Positions 32,452 through 39,899 of a stretch of DNA of 39,950 bases are shown here, one piece after another. The number at the start of each line of letters is the position of its first letter. Position 1 is the first letter of the stretch. Under the pieces are notes generated by a model. That model had not been told where the DNA came from and searched no databases. It saw only the letters and a program-made list of their open reading frames with translations. Where the stretch lies: NCBI GenBank assembly GCA_044341475.1, contig JBIIRP010000001.1, positions 1-39,950 of the forward strand. Direction: 5' to 3'. Both the position numbers and the translations under genes were made by a program. Origin of the DNA: Flavobacteriales bacterium (GTDB lineage: Bacteria > Bacteroidota > Bacteroidia > Flavobacteriales_D > Sanyastnellaceae).

Positions 32452-32804
32452 GGAGGCGCGAAGGCCAGGCACACACCGTTGATGCAGAAGCGCTCGCCGG
32501 TGTCCGTCGGGCCATCCGGGAACACGTGTCCGAGGTGGCCGCCGCAGCGCGCGCACCGCACTTCGGTGCGAATCATGCCGTGGCTAAGATCGCGGTGCAA
32601 GGTGACTGCACCCGGCAGGGCCGCATCGAAGCTCGGCCAACCGCACCCGGAGGCGAACTTCGTGTCGGCTTCGAAAAGCACCGAATCGCAGCCTACACAC
32701 CGGTACGTTCCATCCTCGAAATGGTCGCAGAGCGGCGAGGAGAAGGGCCGCTCCGTCCCGCCCTCCCGGAGCACCCGGTGGGCCTCAGGACTGAGCGGGT
32801 TCAT
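32445..32804 (-). CDS. msrB: Peptide-methionine (R)-S-oxide reductase
   Basis: GTERPFSSPL..GTYRCVGCDSVLF..KFASGCGWPSF..EVRCARCGGHLGHVFPDGP..RFCINGVCL is the full SelR/MsrB signature, including both CxxC zinc pairs. Confidence 0.93.
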   Translation of the reverse strand: MNPLSPEAHRVLREGGTERPFSSPLCDHFEDGTYRCVGCDSVLFEADTKFASGCGWPSFDAALPGAVTLHRDLSHGMIRTEVRCARCGGHLGHVFPDGPTDTGERFCINGVCLAFAPPQ

Positions 32805-34147
32805 GACGGGTCCGCCTTCGGTTTGCGGTTGCGGCGCTTTTTTCTGCGTTTGGCGGCATCCGAGGTGGGTGCTGGGGCCGTCTGGGCTGCAGGCCGGTTG
32901 CGGTCCCCTCCCCTACCGCGATCCCCGCCTCGGCCGCGGTCGCCGCCTCGGCTACGTTCGCCGCCTCGGCCAGCCGCTTTGTGGGATCCCGTGTATTCGG
33001 GCGATGGTCCGACGCCTTCCGGGAGGGGGCGCTTTTCGACTGTACGCTCGATGAGCTTTTCGATGCGCATGAAGCGGCGTTGGTCGTCGGGCGAGACGAG
33101 CGTGATGCCCTCGCCTTCGCGATCTGCCCGCGCCGTCCGTCCGATGCGGTGCACGTAATCCTCTTCGTTCGGCGGAACGTCGTAGTTCACGACGAGCTCG
33201 ATGTTGTCGACGTCGATGCCCCGGCTGACGACGTCGGTGGCGACAAGGATGGGGATTTTGCGCTGCCGGAAGGCCAGCATGACCTCTTCGCGCTCGTTTT
33301 GTTCGAGATCGGACGAGATGCGGTCGCACGCAATGCCGGCCTTGCGGAGGACGCGGACGATGGTCGACACAGTGCGCTTCCGCGAGGTGAACACGATGCC
33401 GCTGGAGACGTTGCGTTCGCGCAGGATGTGGACGAGCACGTCATCTTTTTGGTGGTCGAAGACCAAATACGCCCCCTGCTTGATCTTCTCCGCGGGCTTC
33501 GACAGCGCAAGTTTCACCGTGACGGGATCGCGCTGCAATTCGCGGGCGAGTTGCTCGATGCGGTCGGGCATGGTGGCGCTAAACAGCAGGGTTTGGCGGT
33601 CTTTCTTGCAGTGCTCGGCGATGCGCATGATATCGCCCACGAAGCCCATGTCGAGCATGCGGTCCGCTTCGTCGAGGATGAGGAACCGGAGTTCGCTCAG
33701 GTCGACATAGCCCAGGTTCAGGTGCGACAGGAAGCGGCCGGGCGTGGCGATGATGATGTCTGCTCCCTGGACGAGGGCGTTTTTCTCGCGCGTGAAGTCG
33801 AGACCTGATCCTCCGCCATAAATGGCCAAGCTCGTGACGTTCGCATAGTAACCGAATCCTTCCACCGCCTGGTCGATCTGCTGGGCGAGCTCGCGGGTCG
33901 GAACGACAATCAGGGCCTTGACCTTGCCGTTTTCCGGGGTGTCGAGGATGCGGTCGATGACCGGCAAAAGAAAGGCAGCGGTCTTGCCGGTGCCTGTTTG
34001 GGCGATGCCGAGCAGGTCGCGGCCGGCCAGCACCGCGGGCACGCCCTGGGCCTGGATGGGCGTTGCGTTGTTAAATCCCATCGCCGCAAGGGCATCCAAC
34101 ACATCTGGATGCAAGGGCATCTCCTCAAACCGAACCTGATTTTCCAC
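32801..34147 (-). CDS. DEAD-box ATP-dependent RNA helicase with C-terminal RGG/RGD-rich tail
   Basis: Helicase motifs are present: Q motif FNNATPIQAQ, motif I AQTGTGKTAAF, PTRELA, DEAD in LILDEADRMLDMGF, SAT, and motif VI HRIGRTAR. The ORF-track start at 34201 is TTG. GTG 34147 (VENQVRFEEMPLHPDVL) lies 4 nt after a TACCTTCG box, and ATG 34120 is the alternative start. Confidence 0.9.
   Translation of the reverse strand: MENQVRFEEMPLHPDVLDALAAMGFNNATPIQAQGVPAVLAGRDLLGIAQTGTGKTAAFLLPVIDRILDTPENGKVKALIVVPTRELAQQIDQAVEGFGYYANVTSLAIYGGGSGLDFTREKNALVQGADIIIATPGRFLSHLNLGYVDLSELRFLILDEADRMLDMGFVGDIMRIAEHCKKDRQTLLFSATMPDRIEQLARELQRDPVTVKLALSKPAEKIKQGAYLVFDHQKDDVLVHILRERNVSSGIVFTSRKRTVSTIVRVLRKAGIACDRISSDLEQNEREEVMLAFRQRKIPILVATDVVSRGIDVDNIELVVNYDVPPNEEDYVHRIGRTARADREGEGITLVSPDDQRRFMRIEKLIERTVEKRPLPEGVGPSPEYTGSHKAAGRGGERSRGGDRGRGGDRGRGGDRNRPAAQTAPAPTSDAAKRRKKRRNRKPKADPS
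32894..32971 (-). repeat. In-frame short periodic repeat encoding (R-G-G-D/E-R-G/S) units in the helicase tail
   Basis: The plus strand shows recurring cgccgcctcgg units (32923-32970). The translated minus strand reads GRGGERSRGGDRGRGGDRGRGGDRNR. Confidence 0.6.
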
Positions 34148-34151
34148 ATCA

Positions 34152-34159
34152 CGAAGGTA
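34152..34159 (-). promoter_or_regulatory. TACCTTCG box, 4 nt before GTG 34147 and 31 nt before ATG 34120 (DEAD-box helicase)
   Basis: An exact copy on the minus strand, upstream of the conserved helicase N-terminus. Confidence 0.4.
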
Positions 34160-34255
34160 GGGCAGGCAGGACGCAACCTGAAGCCCCCTTTTCTTGTTCA
34201 AGGAACACGAGCGGTGATGCGTATCCTATGCATTCGCCCGAACTTTGACCCGCCC

Positions 34256-36979
34256 ATGCGTCCGAACCTCCCTTCCGTTGTGCGCCGCCTCCTCGCCGGG
34301 TGGGCGGTTTGGCTGCTTGCCGGAGGGGCCCACGACGCGGCAGCTGCCCATGCCCTCGGGGGGGAAATGATCTACGAATACCTCGGCAGCAACCAGTACC
34401 GGATTACCGTCTATTTCTACCGAGAGTGCTTCACAAATGCCGTGGAACCGCCCGGATGGCAGCAGGGAGGCACGAACCTCGACCCGAGCATTCAGGTGGG
34501 GATTTTTGAAGGGAATGGGTTAGAAACCCAAATCACCTTGCCCCTGACCGAAAGCTCCATCACCCCCGTCGAAACGGTGCTCGAGAACCCCTGTGGCACC
34601 CTGCCGCCGAACCTGTGCATGCAGCGCCTGCGGTATTCCGCGGTGGTAACCCTCGCACCGTCTTCCGTCGGCTACGATGTGGTGTTCCAGCGGTGCTGCC
34701 GCAACCCGGGCATCCAAAACATCCAAAACCCCGACGACATCGGGATCACCCTCACGACCCAAATCCCGCCGAACACCGGCGATGCGAATCCGAATTCCAG
34801 CCCGGTGTTCAACACCATCCCGCCGGCCGCCATCTGCGCGAACTTCGATTTCTTCCTCAACCAAAGCGCCACCGACGCGGATGGGGACCAGCTCGTGTAC
34901 TCGCTCTGCAACCCGCTGCAAGGGGGAACGCCGAACGATCCGTCGCCCGCGCCTTCTCCCGCCTCCACCTTTGTCGATGTTCCGTGGTCCGGGGCGTTCA
35001 GCGCCACCGACCCCATGCCCGCGAATCCGAACATGGCCATCGACCCGGTGACCGGCCAGATCACCGGTTTCCCTACGGCAGTCGGGGCCTACGTGATGGG
35101 CATTTGTGTCAGCGAATACCGCGATGGCGTGCTGATTTCCACGGTTATGCGGGACTTCCAGTTCAACGTAGTGAACTGCAGCCCGGTCATCGTTTCGGCG
35201 GTAACCCCCCAAACCGCCCAGCAGCTGTGCGTCGGTGAAACGCTGTCCTTCACCGAGCAGAGCATCGGGGCCCAATCGTACTTGTGGGATTTTGGCGTAG
35301 CCGGTATTTCTTCCGACATCAGCACATCCGAAAGCCCGTCCTACACCTATCCGGACACCGGGACCTATGTCGTCACCCTCATCGTGAACCCGACCTGGCC
35401 GTGTGCGGATACGACGAGCACGACGTTTTACGTCTACGAGCCCATCCAGCCTTCCATCGAAGTGAGCAACTTCCAGTGCAGCGAGGGCCTCGAGTACTTC
35501 CAACTCACGGCAAATGGCGCGTTCAACGCGGCGACCGACCTGCTGTGGACGCTTCCCGGAGGTTCCGTCGGCGCCGCCTCCACGCTGAGCACCGGTTGGG
35601 TGCACTTCAACAACGCGAACACGTGGAGTGTCGATCTGCAGGCCTCCCATTTCGGCTGCTCGGCGGAAACAGATTTTGCGTGGACGGCCCCGCCTGAGCC
35701 TTTCGCCGACATCGCCGACCAAACTTCGTTTTGCCAAGGCTTTACGTTTGACTTCGAAAACCTGAGTGTCAACGCAGAATCGTTTGCCTGGGACTTCGGC
35801 GTGACCGGAAGCACCGCAGACGTGAGTGCGCTGACTTCGCCGACGTACACGTACCCTACCGACGGGGTGTACACCGTCCGTCTCATTGCCGGTGCGCCAT
35901 ATACCTGTCCCGACACCGCTTTCGCAACGGTGGAGATCTTCCCCCTCATCGACCCCCTGTTCACCGCGCCGGTGCCGGACTGCTTTTCGAACCATGCCTT
36001 CGATTTCCAAGTTGTCGCTAGCAACATCCCGGAAACCCAGTATGCGTGGGATTTCGGCGGACCGGTGGACGATGTGAACATACAGGGCGGGACGGTCGTA
36101 AACCTGCACTACGCAGAGCCAGGGACGTACGCGGTGACGGTGACGGCGTCGGCAAACGGGTGCGATGTGAGCCACACCGAGACGGTTTGGGCGATTGCCG
36201 ATCCGACCATCGGATTCACCGGGGGGCCGGTGTCCGGATGTCCGCCTCACCCCGTCTCGTTCACGAACCTCAGCACCACAGAAACGGCAACAAGCTACCT
36301 GTGGCACTTCGGAGACGGCAGCACGTCTCCTGCGGCCAGCCCATCCTACGTCTACACAACTTCCGGGAACTTTTCGGTGACCCTCGAAATGACCACGGGA
36401 GGCTTCTGTCCGCGCAACCTGGTGCTGGAAATGCCCGGTTTTATCGACATTTTGCCCGTTCCGCAGGCGGGCTTTGACATCGAACCGAACGAAGTGGATC
36501 TGCTGAATCCCGTGGTGACCGTGACGAGTCTCGCAGAGGAGGGCGTGGAGTGCTTTTACTACTTCGGCGATGGCGGAAGCCTTGCAGCGTGCGATGGAAT
36601 CTACACCTACACGGACGGTGGTCTGTTTGATGTGACCCAAACGGTCGTCAACGCCGCCGGGTGCACCTCGACCGCGGTGGGACAGGTCGCGGTGAACGGG
36701 ACCATTTTCTATGCGCCGAACGCCTTCTCGCCGAACAACGACGGCATAAACGACGTGTGGCTGCCGGTCGCGCTGGGCACCGAGGGCTACCGGGTGGAGA
36801 TCTTCGACCGGTGGGGCGAGCGAATTTGGTCGGCGGATCGTCCGGGAATTCCGTGGCTGGGGTCGGTGGGCGACGGGACACATTACGTACCGGACGGGGT
36901 CTACTTTTGGAAGGTTTGGCTGCAGGACCAGGTCCTGCAGCCCCAAACCCATTCCGGAACCCTGCAGGTCATTCGCTAA
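34256..36979 (+). CDS. Large PKD-repeat cell-surface protein with gliding-motility-associated (CHU_C / T9SS type B) C-terminal domain
   Basis: The signal-like N-terminus is MRPNLPSVVRRLLAGWAVWLLAGG; ATG 34217 is an alternative start. The N-domain HALGGEMIYEYLG..YRITVYFYRECF is characteristic of this family. At least five PKD-type repeats carry a W-D/H-F-G motif (YLWDFGV, FAWDFGV, YAWDFGG, YLWHFGDG, YYFGDGG). The last 92 aa (36701-36976) are TIFYAPNAFSPNNDGINDVWLPV..YRVEIFDRWGERIW..GVYFWKV. Confidence 0.85.
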   Translation: MRPNLPSVVRRLLAGWAVWLLAGGAHDAAAAHALGGEMIYEYLGSNQYRITVYFYRECFTNAVEPPGWQQGGTNLDPSIQVGIFEGNGLETQITLPLTESSITPVETVLENPCGTLPPNLCMQRLRYSAVVTLAPSSVGYDVVFQRCCRNPGIQNIQNPDDIGITLTTQIPPNTGDANPNSSPVFNTIPPAAICANFDFFLNQSATDADGDQLVYSLCNPLQGGTPNDPSPAPSPASTFVDVPWSGAFSATDPMPANPNMAIDPVTGQITGFPTAVGAYVMGICVSEYRDGVLISTVMRDFQFNVVNCSPVIVSAVTPQTAQQLCVGETLSFTEQSIGAQSYLWDFGVAGISSDISTSESPSYTYPDTGTYVVTLIVNPTWPCADTTSTTFYVYEPIQPSIEVSNFQCSEGLEYFQLTANGAFNAATDLLWTLPGGSVGAASTLSTGWVHFNNANTWSVDLQASHFGCSAETDFAWTAPPEPFADIADQTSFCQGFTFDFENLSVNAESFAWDFGVTGSTADVSALTSPTYTYPTDGVYTVRLIAGAPYTCPDTAFATVEIFPLIDPLFTAPVPDCFSNHAFDFQVVASNIPETQYAWDFGGPVDDVNIQGGTVVNLHYAEPGTYAVTVTASANGCDVSHTETVWAIADPTIGFTGGPVSGCPPHPVSFTNLSTTETATSYLWHFGDGSTSPAASPSYVYTTSGNFSVTLEMTTGGFCPRNLVLEMPGFIDILPVPQAGFDIEPNEVDLLNPVVTVTSLAEEGVECFYYFGDGGSLAACDGIYTYTDGGLFDVTQTVVNAAGCTSTAVGQVAVNGTIFYAPNAFSPNNDGINDVWLPVALGTEGYRVEIFDRWGERIWSADRPGIPWLGSVGDGTHYVPDGVYFWKVWLQDQVLQPQTHSGTLQVIR

Positions 36980-37031
36980 CCCGTTGCATCCCCGGAGCGG
37001 ATTTGTATATTCGCCACGAAGTCCAAGCCAG

Positions 37032-37391
37032 ATGAGCGATTTTTCGAACAAGGAGGAGATTTACTCGCGGCCGGTGCGCGCGGGAAAGCGGACGTACTTC
37101 TTTGATGTGAAGGCCACCCGCGGGAAGGACCTGTACATGACCATCACGGAGAGCAAGCGGCACTTCGACGACGGCGGGGGCATCCACTACCAGAAGCACA
37201 AGATCTTCCTGTACCAAGAGGATTTCGATAAGTTCGAAGAGGGCTTCCTCGATGCCGTCGACAAAATCCAGGAACTCGTCGCCACAGGCGAATTCAAGGG
37301 GCCTTCCCTCGAGCACACGACCGACGAAGGCGAGGGTGGGCCTGCTGAAACCGGCGAAGCCCGCCGGGATGTGGAGTTCGACGACCTCTGA
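37032..37391 (+). CDS. PUR-alpha-like nucleic-acid-binding protein (DUF3276 family)
   Basis: EEIYSRPVRAGKRTYFFDVKATRGKDLYMTITESKR..KHKIFLYQEDFDKFEEGF is the conserved Bacteroidota PUR-repeat signature. An acidic C-terminal tail follows. Confidence 0.8.
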   Translation: MSDFSNKEEIYSRPVRAGKRTYFFDVKATRGKDLYMTITESKRHFDDGGGIHYQKHKIFLYQEDFDKFEEGFLDAVDKIQELVATGEFKGPSLEHTTDEGEGGPAETGEARRDVEFDDL

Positions 37392-37417
37392 GCGCGGGCT
37401 CGCATAGGTTGATAACT

Positions 37418-37444
37418 TTCCGGGGCTGCACCTGAGCCCGGAAG
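37418..37444 (+). terminator. Probable intrinsic terminator after the PUR-alpha-like gene
   Basis: Stem TTCCGGG / CCCGGAA (37418-37424 / 37437-37443) has two further pairs after a one-nt bulge and a 7-nt loop. It is followed by GTATCTTTGGGTTTG, a T-rich but interrupted tract. Confidence 0.5.
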
Positions 37445-37452
37445 TATCTTTG
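37445..37452 (+). promoter_or_regulatory. TATCTTTG box (perfect TAnnTTTG), 8 nt before ATG 37461
   Basis: It matches the Bacteroidota -7 consensus, lies immediately after the 37418-37443 hairpin, and is 5 nt before GTG 37458. Confidence 0.4.
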
Positions 37453-37460
37453 GGTTTGTG

Positions 37461-38153
37461 ATGCGGATTCAGTACCTCGGACATGCGTGTGTGCTCGTGG
37501 TTGCCGGGGACCGGCGGCTGCTCATCGACCCGTTTATTCGGCCGAACCCCTGGGCCGCGGCCATCCGGCCGGAAGAGCTCGAGGTCACCGATGTGCTCAT
37601 TACCCACGGACATGAGGACCACCTCGCGGATGCGCTCGAGTTTGCGGTCCGACCGGGAGTCCGCACCATCGCCTGCTACGAGGTGGCAGAATGGCTGGGT
37701 GCGCAAGGCGCGCAGCACCCCGTAGGGATGAACATCGGCGGCACCCTCTCCTGGGAAGGTGGCCGGTTGCGGATGGTGCCCGCCGTGCACTCCAGCACCC
37801 TTCCGGACGGCAAGCCGGGCGGCGTGGCTGCAGGCTACCTCATCGAATCCGAAGGCATTCGCCTTTACCACGCCGGGGATACGGCGCTCTCCGCGGAAAT
37901 GGGCCTCATCGGGGACCTCTGGCCGCCGGACGTGGCCCTGCTTCCCGTCGGAGATCACTTCACCATGGGCCCGGAAGACGCCCTGCATGCGGCGCGCTTG
38001 CTGCACTGCACGAGGGCCTTTGCGCTTCATTTCGACACCTTCCCTCCCATTTCCCTCTCGGACGAGCGCAAACGCGCGGCCGAAGCCGCCTTCCGCGCAG
38101 ACGGCAGGTCGCTGACGTTCTGGGACATCGGAGCATCGTACCCGCTTGATTGA
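37461..38153 (+). CDS. Metal-dependent hydrolase, UPF0173 family (MBL fold)
   Basis: MRIQYLGHACVLV..LLIDPF..VLITHGHEDHL..YHAGDT match the family; GTG 37458 is an alternative start one codon upstream. Confidence 0.85.
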   Translation: MRIQYLGHACVLVVAGDRRLLIDPFIRPNPWAAAIRPEELEVTDVLITHGHEDHLADALEFAVRPGVRTIACYEVAEWLGAQGAQHPVGMNIGGTLSWEGGRLRMVPAVHSSTLPDGKPGGVAAGYLIESEGIRLYHAGDTALSAEMGLIGDLWPPDVALLPVGDHFTMGPEDALHAARLLHCTRAFALHFDTFPPISLSDERKRAAEAAFRADGRSLTFWDIGASYPLD

Positions 38154-38163
38154 CACGGCCAGC

Positions 38164-38976
38164 ATGGGAAAGATTATTGCGATTGCAAACCAAAAAGGCG
38201 GGGTCGGCAAGACCACAACCGCCATCAACCTCGGGGCCTGCTTCGGTGCACTCGAATTTAAAACCCTGCTCGTCGATGCCGACCCGCAGGCAAACGCGAC
38301 GAGCGGCCTCGGCATCGATCCGGCGGCGTGTGAGTTCGGAACCTACGAAGCCCTGCTGGGCGGCACCATCGACGCCGGTGCAATTCAGGCGACCACGTCG
38401 CCGAACCTCGACGTCCTGCCCGCACGCATCGATCTCGTGGGCGCAGAAATCGAGCTCATCTCGATGGAAGGACGCGAGATGCGGCTCGCCGAAGCCCTTG
38501 CTCCCGTGCGCGATGCGTACGACTTCATCCTGGTGGACTGCTCTCCGAGTTTGGGCCTCATCACCGTCAACGCGCTTGCCGCGGCGGATGCGGTACTCAT
38601 CCCGGTGCAGTGCGAGTACTTCGCCCTGGAAGGCCTCGGCAAGTTGCTGAATACCATCCGCATCGTGCAGGACACTTTGAACCCCGAGCTCGGGGTAGAA
38701 GGCATCCTGTTGACCCTCTACGACACCCGGCTACGCCTTGCAAATCAAGTCGTTGAGGAAGTGCGGACGCATTTCGAGGAGCTGGTGCTGGATACCATCA
38801 TCCACCGCAACACGAAACTCGGGGAAGCCCCCAGCTTCGGCGAATCCATCATCGTGCACGATGCGGCCTCGAAGGGATCTGTGAATTACTTGAACCTGGC
38901 ACGGGAACTGCTGCAGCGCAACCGCATGACGCGGCTCCGGCAAGACCAGCGGCACCTCCCCGTGCAAGAGAACTGA
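38164..38976 (+). CDS. parA: Chromosome-partitioning ATPase ParA/Soj
   Basis: MGKIIAIANQKGGVGKTTTAINL is the deviant Walker A motif. LLVDADPQANAT, FILVDCSPSLG and IHRNTKLGEAPSFG complete the signature. Confidence 0.93.
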   Translation: MGKIIAIANQKGGVGKTTTAINLGACFGALEFKTLLVDADPQANATSGLGIDPAACEFGTYEALLGGTIDAGAIQATTSPNLDVLPARIDLVGAEIELISMEGREMRLAEALAPVRDAYDFILVDCSPSLGLITVNALAAADAVLIPVQCEYFALEGLGKLLNTIRIVQDTLNPELGVEGILLTLYDTRLRLANQVVEEVRTHFEELVLDTIIHRNTKLGEAPSFGESIIVHDAASKGSVNYLNLARELLQRNRMTRLRQDQRHLPVQEN

Positions 38977-38978
38977 CC

Positions 38979-39899
38979 ATGTCGAAGAAGCAAGCGCTGG
39001 GTCGCGGGCTCGAAGCCCTGCTCTCCTCCGCCCCCCGCAGGGACACCACGTCCGCTCCGGCACAGTCCGTTGCGGTTCCTACCCCGCCCGCCGAGGAGCG
39101 TCCGGAGGTGGTCGCCTTCATGGCCGGGGCCATCTCCGTGGTGCCTGTGGGCAGCATCGAAGCAAATCCGGACCAGCCCCGGCGGGATTTTGATGAAGAA
39201 GCGCTGCAGGCCCTGGCCGACAGCATCCGCGAACTCGGCATCATCCAACCCATCACGGTGCAGCGCGTGGCCGCACACCGCTACCGCATCATTTCCGGAG
39301 AGCGCCGGTTTCGGGCGGCACAACTCGCGGGTCTCGACCGATTGCCCGCCTACCTCCGCGAGGCAGACGACCAAACCGTGCTCGAGATGGCCCTGGTGGA
39401 GAACATCCAGCGCCAAGACCTGCATGCCATCGAGCTCGCCCAATCTTTTCACCGCCTCATCGAGGAGTGTGGGCATACCCACGATGCCCTCGGGAAGCGG
39501 CTCGGCGTGGACCGTTCAAGCATCACGAACCACCTGCGGTTGCTGCGGTTGCCCGCAGACATCCAGCTTGCCGTGAGCGAACGCAGGCTCGGCATGGGCC
39601 ACGCCCGTGCACTCGTCGCTGTGGACGATGCCAGCCGCCAGCGGTCCATCTTCCAGCGCATCCTGGCCGACGACTTGAGCGTGCGTCAGGTCGAAGAACT
39701 CGCACGGCCGAAGGCGCGGAATCCCCGTGGAGCTGGCCCGGTGCTGACGTTCGACCGGCAGCAGGTGCAGGCAGATCTTCGGCTGAAGTACGGCACACGG
39801 GTCGCGTTGAAGCCCGACACCGCGGGGGGGGGGCGCATCGAGTTGCCGTTTCGCGACAACGACGAGTTAGATCGGTTGCTGGCGCTGCTGGGGCTATGA
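38979..39899 (+). CDS. parB: Chromosome-partitioning protein ParB/Spo0J
   Basis: The N-terminus is KKQALGRGLEALL. The ParB box is NPDQPRRDFDEEALQALADSIRELGIIQPI..IISGERRFRAA. The helix-turn-helix segment is EECGHTHDALGKRLGVDRSSITNHLRLLRLP. Confidence 0.93.
   Translation: MSKKQALGRGLEALLSSAPRRDTTSAPAQSVAVPTPPAEERPEVVAFMAGAISVVPVGSIEANPDQPRRDFDEEALQALADSIRELGIIQPITVQRVAAHRYRIISGERRFRAAQLAGLDRLPAYLREADDQTVLEMALVENIQRQDLHAIELAQSFHRLIEECGHTHDALGKRLGVDRSSITNHLRLLRLPADIQLAVSERRLGMGHARALVAVDDASRQRSIFQRILADDLSVRQVEELARPKARNPRGAGPVLTFDRQQVQADLRLKYGTRVALKPDTAGGGRIELPFRDNDELDRLLALLGL

Noticed and set aside
34520-37051. 843-aa ORF on the minus strand, antisense to the PKD-repeat / CHU_C gene
   Set aside because: Its composition is dominated by R, G, H, V, P and A, with no recognisable domain. 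It mirrors a GC3-rich coding strand, which suppresses stop codons in antisense frames, and the sense-strand product has clear domain signatures.
36969-38315. 448-aa minus-strand ORF crossing three plus-strand genes and two intergenic regions
   Set aside because: It would overlap the PUR-alpha-like, hydrolase and parA genes as well as a terminator hairpin, and it has no recognisable domain. It is a composition artefact.
38164-39899. Proximity to the replication origin inferred from parAB
   Set aside because: I saw no DnaA-box cluster (TTATCCACA-like), AT-rich unwinding element, or dnaA/dnaN genes in the window. parAB alone does not locate oriC in Bacteroidota.
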